DNA from: Lama guanicoe
Taxonomy: Eukaryota
Length of the DNA stretch: 64,000 nucleotides
Assembly (NCBI GenBank): GCA_013239625.1
Contig: MU053561.1
Coordinates: 3,488,283-3,552,282, forward strand
Direction: 5' to 3'
Below the pieces are notes generated by a model. The model was not told the origin of the DNA, searched no databases, and worked only from the letters and a program-made list of their open reading frames with translations. The position numbers and the translations under genes were made by a program. This document shows, in pieces, positions 54,578-64,000 of this stretch (its first letter is position 1; each line of letters opens with the position of its first letter).

Positions 54578-57500
54578 CCTATTACATGACTTCCTCTATT
54601 TGGATTTCCATGAGTGTGAAAGAATGAGTGATCAGAATGATCACCCTATAATAATGACACAATTTTGGCTTAGGAGCATGAACTAATTCTCTTAATTTTG
54701 ACATAAATAGAGTGAATAAAGGCCTGAAAATGCATGCCACCCTCCCTCCGCCCCTGTCCCCCAGATTTAGGTGACATCTGGGGCTGCGTCTCTTTAATAT
54801 CCAACTAACAAAATGAAAAGAAAATAATTCTAAAGACTAGATGCTTTACCAGATGATTATGTAGGTGTTTTGAATATCAGCAGATAATTACAGCGGCAGA
54901 CTCCACATCCTCAGGCATCATTTTTAAGCAAGTGAAAATGATGCATTCTGAACCAGGAAGTTCCAAGGAAAAATATTCAGGCCTTCGGCTATTGATGAAA
55001 AACTAAAGTTTTAACACCAATTGTCTAGACTGAATATGTAACTGACCAACCGTTCACTTTGATTTTCTTTCCCGTTTATTATAAATCTTTGCATCCCACT
55101 TTTAGTCTTGGGCAAGTAGGATTGCAATTCACTAGTCTTTTATCTGAGGAGCAACACAGGGGTATAATAGGACCCTCTAATCAAGACAGAAAATTACAAA
55201 AATTCAAATAGAGTAAATGCAAATGATAATCTTAATAACTTCTAGATAATTAACTTTAAGTGCTATTGGGATAGACTCCTGAACAACGTGGTGGCATGTC
55301 TACACGGGCGCTCAATTTGCTTGAAGCTTTTGGAATTAAGTATTATTGATGATGTCATCTAACGAGAAATAAAGACAATCATCTTTTGAGTGCTTGGTAA
55401 CATAGGTGTGAGACTGAAACTAACACAGAGCAGAATAGAATCGCCCAAATTTTTATTTTAGGAATTTTGTGATTTCCTGAAATTTAACGTATAAGTCATG
55501 TCCAGAAAAAAATCCCCCGATGTCTTCAACAGAATTAGAAGCGACCAGAGACTCAGCAGGTCTGATTCTGATGATAGTGAGCTCCCTGGGATGCTGTCTT
55601 CACTTCTGAGCCCCTTCCTCTGACCGGCCCATGTTGATCAGCCCAGACGCATACAACAAACTAGAATTCTGTCACTTTCAAGTCTGCCACCATCCATGAA
55701 TATGGTTGATTTAGGCAAGACTGGGAAATACAGCTGTTTGGGCAACTGGGGGTTCAGCCAAATTCTAGGCGTGGGCTTAGGAGCACCTGCTCACTCTGGT
55801 TGCATTAATATGGCTCCTGACAAAATCAACCCACTTGTTTACACAACCTGCCTTACTTCACAGGATTCTTGTGAGAATCAAATGAGATCCCAAGAGAGTT
55901 AGACTCCTGCAGTAGAAAGAGCAGTCCGATGATCAAAAATACCTGAATTCTAATCCCAAGACTTTACCTAATTTCTTTTCTTCTCTGCGGCGTGAGGGTA
56001 GGAGTATCTCCTCTCTGCATTTCCCGGAGCTGCTGTGTGGACTGCATGAGACTCTCTATGTGAACACACTTTTTAGTTCTGATTCCGCTGTAGACAGAGA
56101 TTTCTGGTCATTGTTTTCTAGACGAGATTCATTTATTTTAATCGAGTCCCTGAGTCACTGGTTGCAAAAACATATACAAAATGACTGGCTGGGATTCGCG
56201 GTGTAGGCTGTGAGGGTGAAATTGAATGAGACTAGAGGAATCATAAAAGGCCCCAAATCCGTGGCCTTGTCTTCATTAAGCAGACGCAATATTCATCAAT
56301 GTGATCCATCTTCAGCCGAACGCAGCCTTCTGACCTTTTGCCAGCTTAGCCCTGCTGTCAGCAGCTGGGGGGCCCTGCCAAAGGGCAGGGGGAAGAAGCC
56401 CCAGGTTGCCCACACTGCAGGTGATCACAGGAATATTCAAGACAAACCCCTAGTCTTGTAATTTTACTTCAAAAGGCAAAAATATCTCCCAGATAATGAG
56501 CATTTTGCTCTAATAAGAACTGTAGCATTGATTAGGTTCAAACTGTTAACAAACATCCTTATGGTTAATGAAGCAGCATTGAAAAGGCTTCTTGATTCTT
56601 TGGAAACTTAAATCATACAAAGGCAGCAAGGAGCGAGAAGAGAACTGGAGGTGGGACAGATTAAACTGTCTGCTAGCTAATGTACTCAAGATAATGAACG
56701 AAAAAAATGTTTGTTCTTTGAAAAGTTAATATTTATTGAGAGTTATCTCTGCAGTGGGCAAGCAATAAACTTTGATGATTATGGTTAAAACATTCTTTGG
56801 GGTAACATGTTTTCCTGTGAATCTTGAGTGGGGGACGGAAGCCGCTGCCATTTTAATTCCTTTGTTAATGTCTTTATGAATGCAATTAACACTTCATTCA
56901 CGCTTCTTTGTTTCTGGATCCCATTAGGATGTGGTTTATGCCAGTTTCTCTCTCCCAGGAGACAGCCCGCATCACACAACATTTCACTCAGCTGTGTGGC
57001 TGAGCACTGACAAACTCAATTTACCAAAGGCAGAAGTGAGTTGACACCATGCTGTGGCGGTTGTCCTGATGGCGACAGCCGACTCCTTTCACTCCGAAGT
57101 GGAACCCACCTTCTCTGAGCAGCAAGCTTGTACACCAGGGTATGGGAGACAAGGACGCAAGGGTAGCTTCCTGGCTGACACAAAGTAAAATCACTGCAGA
57201 TCAAGACGTGCTAAGAATCAAGGAAAGACAACAGGCTTCAGTCGTCGTCATCAAACTTAGTGAGGGCTAACTAGGAAGAGCCCAGAAGCAGGGGACACAG
57301 TCTCTTCCCTCTGAGCTTACAATTGAAATTAGAGACAAAAATTTACATAACAAATATATCAGCAAGAATATAAGGCAGTGCAGGTTGAGTCCTGGAGGAG
57401 TGTATGCCATGAGAACCATAAGTGAGGAGTCCAGGTCTCTGTGACATGGGGCGTGGCCAGGAGACGGCTCCTCTGAGGATGTGGGACTTAAAAGTAAAAG

Positions 57501-59558
57501 CAGTTCCCCTGGCCATCCTCTAGAGATCACCAGGAAAGAGGGGGAGGGTGGGAAGAATTGCAGAGAGGGAAGAGAGGCGGGCATCCGCAAAGATGCCGAG
57601 GTCCGAAGTAAATAAGAGGGTTCATGTTCACGAGAAATTATTCTCCCTTTATATTAAAGTCTCTCCTCCAATTGATGGCATCATTTCTATTTCAAATATC
57701 AGTGTGATATTTGCTTAACAGCCAAAGGCACTGCAGATGAATATATCTGAATCTTACTAAGATACTGTACAGAGGAGATGGAGGAGGTCTGAAGGGACAT
57801 CAGAGACAAAAGAAAGAAGAAAAGAGGCAGTGTCCATCGTTCGCTGCAATATGTTTTCTTTAAATGAAAAATAATTACTTATAGGCCTTGGACCTGTGTC
57901 ATAATTTTAAGTTTAGTTTTCTCTGACAAAGATAAAAAAAGAGCAGAATTTCTAATAAGTGTTATGAAGCATAAAATATTACCAGAAGAGGAAGTAAAAC
58001 AGCTTATAGCCCCAAGTCATCTGTGTCTAGCATTAAAGGTGTGTGAATAAATCAAAGACAGGATTCCATTTGCAGCTTTAACATTATTTAATGATATGAA
58101 GATTGGTTGTTTTCTTCTGAGTTTCTCCCCAAACCTAGCCTTTGTTTCATTAGTTGTACATCCTTATTACCAAGCCCTTTCTCATGTCTCTTTCAACCAG
58201 ACCTGGGCTGTCAACACCATCATATTCTATTATAATAAGGGCTGGATTGGCCAGCCCCGGTGCAATAAAGCGTTACAGACCAGTCATGCCCCGGCACCTT
58301 TTTGCATTAAGAAAGGTTATTTTGCTTACATTTCAGCATATGTGACTGTTCCTCGTGGGAAGAATGGCTTCCTGTACTACAAATAATTCTTGGCCCAAGA
58401 ACAAGTCACCACTAATGTCACTGCTGATCCTAATCAAAGGTTCAAGTGTTGGTCATTTCATGAGTAGTTCTTTCTTTTTCGGAAGCAAATTGTTGTCAAT
58501 TGTCAGTTTTAGAACTACTCTGTGATTTATTGGAAGGCTAGCACCTCAGTAGAATTACTAAGTTAATGCCTAAACATTAAAAGGGGAAATGAGAGTCTGT
58601 GTGTATAGAGTGGGGATGGGGGGATATTTTGAGGTTCAAAAAAAAATAATCTTCACTTTCGTCCTTGTGCATTTCTTTTTTGATAGAAAAATGTCTCTCT
58701 GCATTCCCTGGCCTCAAGCCGCTCGGTAGCTGTGTAAAACATAAACAGGGTCTGTGTTCTGCTGCATCTGAGAAAGATGTAAATGTGCAAATATGATGGA
58801 AGAGGTTTTATTTTCTTTCTCGCTCTCAGGAATGGTCTGACAGCCCCAGGCTGGAGAACGTGTCTCTCTCCCAAGTGCTCTGTCACCCTGGTAACCATGG
58901 AGACCATGACGATCGATTAGATGCCATCTGATCCCAACCTCATAAAAAAAAAAAAAGGCGGCAGATGGCAACCAGGCCACTAGACCTGTCTCAAGAGAGA
59001 TGCAAAAGAAGGGAGAGAAAGGGAAGGAAGGAGGGGAGAAAGGAGATGGTGGGGGGCATTGGTGCTAGGAGAAGAAAGCACAGAAGCAGCTCTGGAAAGA
59101 AACATTTCAGAAAAGAGTGGAAGTAGGAACAAAAAAACAAGGAAAGCAGGACTCGGGGAAAGAGGAGACACAATGAAAAAAATGAAATCCAAGCCGGCTG
59201 TGCAATACACCTCTGTAGTGAGTGGGAGGAGGAAACCCACAAAGAAAGCAAACCAGCTCTTCCTAACCTTCTCCTTGAGTTTATAGGTCTCGGAATTCTC
59301 TGGAACTTGGGCCCCAGGGTCCTCTGAGGGGACTCACAGGGTTGTCCTTGTGGCTCCCATATCAGTTGGAATTCGATGCATCTGCGGAAGAGCCCTGAGA
59401 CCTGGCTTTCAGAAGGAATGTCCCTGATCAGACAGGGTTGTCCCCTGAAATTTGCCACCCCACCCCCGGCAGTGTTCTAGTCATCCCTTAAAGGAACTAG
59501 TGATAACCAGGTCAGCAGATACCTAAGGTGGAGAGCAGAACAGGTAAGTTAGTGCTGG

Positions 59559-60076
59559 TGTAGTAGGGAGAACAAAGCTGACTCCGTATTAGATCTGTTC
59601 CTTTGGCTCTAACTCTGTGCTCTGTTTCCTGGGCTCAGTCATACTGGTTCTGCCCCTTTTGTAAAAGAGTGTTGCCTCGAGCCTGAAATATACAGGAGAG
59701 CCTATTCTCAAGGCTCTGACCTTTAAGGGTATAACACTTTCCCATTCATATAAAGATAAAAATTTGCAGAATAGAAAATAATATTTGTCTTGTGGGAGAT
59801 TTACAGGAACATTGTGACCTGACCTACGTGGACAGCTGCAAGAACAAAGGATTCCGACACCAAGAAGCTTGCAACAAACAACCACACCCTCGCCCCCTTT
59901 TCAGTATAAAAGGAGCCTGAATTCTGACTTGGCAGGATAGTTCTCTAGGACCTTAGTCCCCCATTTTCTTAGTCTCCTGGCTTTCTGAATAAGTCACTAT
60001 TCCTCGCCCCAACCCCTCGACTCCCGATTTACTGGCCTGTCGTGTGGTGAGCAGAATGAGTTTGGACTCGGTAACA
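59559..60076 (+). mobile_element. ERV1-class solo LTR
   Basis: TGT...ACA ends, near-4-bp TSD CTGG/CTGA, TATAAAA ~59905, U5-like ttactggcctgtcgtgtggtgagcagaatgagtttggactcggtaaca. Confidence 0.82.
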
Positions 60077-60309
60077 CTGATAACTTACGGGTCTTAGCCA
60101 GCATCCCAGAGTAATGTAATGGCTAATATTTATTAAGTGTTTGTGTGTTGGACACTGCTAAACACTCAGTAATGATTATTTTGTACAGGTTATTTAATTT
60201 GATCCAGAAAACAACGCTATAAAATAGGTGGTATTATTCTTCCCATTTTACAGCCAGAAACTGAGTTTGGAGAGGTTAACTACCTCCATTAAGGGCACAC
60301 CTAGAAGGT

Positions 60310-61420
60310 AAACACAAAATCTATATTACATTTGGTTAAAATATGTGTGTTTCTAGCTATTTACACACACATATTTCTACCTAATATAGTATTAAAACTT
60401 AAATACCCTTTGGTTAGCCTGCCTTTTTTCAACAATATATTATGAACATGTTTCCATGTTTTTAACTATTCCTCTATTTAATCGTATTTAAAGACTATAT
60501 AGTATTCTATTGTTTGAAAGTATTATAATTTAACTACTTCCTTCTTGAACTGATTTATTTCTAGATTTTTGCTGCTATCAATAACCCTGTGGTGTTGGAC
60601 CTTGTAAGCAAAACTCTGATTTTTCCTTTAGGATAAAAACATAACGGCTAACTCAAGGGTATTAAAAAAAATTTTTTTTTAGTTGATGTATAACATATGT
60701 ATGACAAATGTGCAGCTAGTTGAATTTTACCTACCTGGGTAACCACTACCCACATCAATGTATTACCCCTTCACGGCACCCCAGAATGCCCCTACACGTC
60801 CCTCCCTAGTCAATACCTACCCCATGTTCTTGAACTTCATTTAAATGGAGTGACAAGGTGTGTAATTTTATGTTTCTGGCTCCTTCCTCTCAACATAATG
60901 TCTGTGGGCTTCATCCATGCTGTAGTGTATTGCAATCATTCATTCTTTACATTGCTGTGTGGTATTCTATTTTTTGAACACACACTGTATTGGTTCATTT
61001 TACTGCTAATGGACATTTAGGCTATATGCATAAAGTTGCTGAGAACATTCTTGTACATGTTTTTTGGAGGATGTAAGTACACATTTTTTTTTTTGACGCA
61101 AACTAGAAGTGGAATTACTAGGCCATGGAGAGGCAATATCTTTAAATGCAGGGTAAACATTTTTTAAGTTTTGTTTTTTTTAATTGGTCTACTTTTAATT
61201 TAGCCTCTAAACAGTTGTTCCAATTTGAACTCCAGCCATTTGATGTTATGAGACTGCCCTTCCCCTCAAATCCTTACCAATGGTGGGCAGGCATTCTCAT
61301 CCTCCTTTATCTTTGCCAGTCTGAGAGATGAAAGGGTATCTAATTGTTTACATTGTGTTTGATGACCAGGTATGTTAAACGATTCTTTCTATGTTACCAG
61401 ACATTCTTATTTCTCCTCTC
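60310..61420 (-). mobile_element. Nested ancient L1 3' fragments
   Basis: ttcatccatgctgtag...gctaatggacatttaggct...gaacattcttgtacatgt...gaagtggaattactaggcc. Confidence 0.7.
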
Positions 61421-62177
61421 GTATATTGCCGCTACCTGTCATTGGTATCAAATACCTATTTGATATTAGCTTCAGGATAAGGCAAAAAGGTGAACTATAA
61501 TCCGTATAGTCTGTGCAAATTCTCTGGCATTGTCAGAAAATGCATTGACATTTACGACCAGAACAAATTTACATTCTTTGCATAAGTTGACATCCTGCTC
61601 TATATATTTCAGAAGGAAGCTAACATTTACAGAACACCTATTTCTGAGCACATTTACTCTTTAGAACAGCCCTATTCATTTAATCCTTATAGCTTCATTT
61701 AATTTCAGTAGCAGCATTTAATTTTCACATAAGCTCTAAAAGGCACTTAATATTCTGCCTATTTTTTCAAATGTAGAAATCAAGGCTCACAGTCATACAA
61801 CTATTTAAGCAGCAGGACTGGGATTTAAACCCAAGACACTCCGAGTCCAAAATAAATTTTCTTCTCACTGTTCTCCAGATATCATTGCCTAGGGCAGTGA
61901 TTTTTCTTTTTTCACTTCATAAACCCTAAGAGGTCTCCTGAATTCCAGAACCCCATTATTTTCCTTGCATTCCCAGTACATATATACCATCCTACAACCA
62001 AAATCCAAAGGAGTGTCAGGATGGCTGTACTTTTGAGGAAAGACTGATAATATGAAAAAATTCATTTTAGTTAATTTCACCTATTTTATAAATTTTTCTT
62101 TTCTTTCTCTCTGTGTGTGTGTTGTGTGTTTTAAAATCTAGGCAATGGTTTAATCAATCCAGAGTTGAAATGAATAG

Positions 62178-63330
62178 AAGGTGGATTCAGGATCTCTTCC
62201 TCTTACTATATTATTGCTCGTGGGATTTGAAGCTTCTATAATTTAACAGGCCTTTTAAAAGAAAAAGATTTCTAATACAAAATTAAGTTCAAGAATGAGC
62301 ATTATTTAGAATGACTTAAAAAACACCCTGAATTACACATTAAAAAATACTTAAGTGCCACAAGCATCACAAAGTCCAAGAAAATCCATAATATTTTTGT
62401 TTCTTAACTGTCTGATAACCCTGTAGATTTTTCCTTCATTTTTGGGGACTCCGTACTGTTGGATTACTTCCTCACATGACAAAGCTCTTGTAATGTTTTC
62501 TTTTTAGAGAGTGTAAAGATAAATCAATCTTTCCTATAGAATGGTTGATCAAATGAATGATTTAGAAAAGTTTCTGTGTGCTTCACGACTCATTATTGGC
62601 ATCATCCCATAGGTGTTTAGGGTTATATACAAATTTTGAAAACTTCAAATTTTTGTTATCCATAGGATTTCAGAGCATTTCCAGTTTGTTATAGTTGTTG
62701 CTATTTAGTGCCTAATCTTGAAGGTTTTGACTTGATGGTGTTCACTGCTAACTACTTTGCTGTCAATGTCCTCACTGGAGTGGTGTATTATGTATTACAT
62801 CATTTTTGTTGATATGCATATTCCTGTCAAATCATCAAGAAATATAAATATTTTATCAAATATGTTCATATAGCTAACTCTTCTTCATTAATTGGATCAT
62901 TAAATAACCCAAGAGCCTATTTATTATTTCTATTAACAATTGATCTCTTCCTCTTAATGATTTGCTACTTTTGGAAAGATATTTTTTGGTTACAATTCAC
63001 TTTAGATGTCAGAATAATTTCTACTGACTGCATATGCAAATACATGAAAAACAATTTTATTGTGTGATATATAAAATAGATTTTTAAAAAGTTTCTTTTG
63101 TATAGCACAGGGAACTATATTCAATATCTTGGAATAACCTTTAATGAAAAAGAACATGAAAATAAATATATATATGTATGTGCATGACTGAGACATTGTG
63201 CTGTACACCAGAAACTGACACATTGTAACTGACTGTACTTCAATAAAAAAATTTAAAAATTAGAAAAAAACCCGACAAAAGTATAATTGCATCTTCATGT
63301 GTATTCCCAATAGGAAAGAACTTCATTTTG
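62178..63330 (-). mobile_element. Zaphod-like hAT-Tip100 DNA transposon fossil with decayed transposase C-terminus
   Basis: Minus strand ~62640-62453 reads FQNLYITLNTYGMMPIMSREAHRNFSKSFI*STIL*ERLIYLYTL*KENITRALSCEEVIQQY, matching the hAT C-terminal dimerisation pattern (LPxTSxEAERxFSxL...RSTM..ERL..LxxL). Right boundary is approximate. Confidence 0.75.
63066..63270 (+). mobile_element. L1 3' tail inserted into a hAT fossil
   Basis: tgtatagcacagggaactatattcaatatctt...tgctgtacaccagaaactgacacattgtaactgactgtacttcaataaaaaa. Confidence 0.85.
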
Positions 63331-64000
63331 AGTAAGTGTCAATGAATATTTAACCCTTTGTTTAAAATTGATTAGAAAGAATTTTCTACAGACTGTCTTC
63401 TGGCTCTATTTCAAAGCTTTATTTTCCTCCACCAAGGTCATAGAGCACATCCCCATTGTGATACAACATTTAGATCTGTGACTTTACATGATGACACCAG
63501 ATGAGTTTCCACAGTGGGCTGTGGAAATGTTCCTGAAAGCCACTCCTACCACAGGATGACTAAGAATAATTATATATACGAGTGACTGGGAATCACATAA
63601 ACACATCCCTTTAAACCCAAATGAATATATTTCTGACAGCACTTGCCTTAGCTGGCCGCCCCAAATGCCTGGAGCCACTTGGATGCCACCTGGTAGGAGG
63701 GCAAGTTGGAGTAGAAAGAGATGGCAGTCTGATCTATTATGACTAAAATATACGACTTTTACAAATTTTGCAGAAAGACATGACAAATGAATGCATTGCT
63801 GAGGTTCCTCCTAGCAGATGGGGGCACCAAAGCTTAACCTGTATCAACTTCATGATAAATACACCTGTGGACCTTGGGGTGGGGATCTGGGGGCATTGAT
63901 AATTTGGAGAACAAGGACCAGACTGTGGAGAGTGCAGGTGCAATGTGGTTCTGCTACTTGTTTTAATTACTGTCTGTGATTCTCCAGCCTAAGGATGTTG

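Noticed and set aside
61446..61465. Palindrome TATCAAATA-CC-TATTTGATA
   Set aside because: AT-rich 9-bp arms are expected by chance in 64 kb.

Overview
Mammalian genomic DNA, very probably camelid (camel/alpaca/llama), because it carries at least six copies of a tRNA-derived SINE that I recognise as the camelid Vic-1 family. The only protein-coding gene I can support is the 5' end of SLC22A15 on the minus strand: a CpG-island promoter (~22960-23650), coding exon 1 (23232-23318), a 13.4 kb intron 1 and coding exon 2 (9619-9831). Intron 2 runs off the left edge. The remaining ~40 kb is intergenic and full of fossil transposons: old L1s, young L1 3' tails, solo LTRs (MER21-like, MLT1, ERV1), hAT MITEs, a Zaphod-like hAT-Tip100 transposase relic, MIR and L2. 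Several apparently repeat-free blocks carry clustered neural-type TF motifs (RFX X-boxes, NeuroD/Neurog E-boxes, octamers, TCF/Sox). They are candidate enhancers, possibly for NHLH2, the neighbouring gene in human synteny (from memory, not shown here). I found no convincing novel biological system. Most ORFs in the track are artefacts. Repeat subfamily names come from my recollection of consensus sequences and need RepeatMasker/Dfam confirmation.
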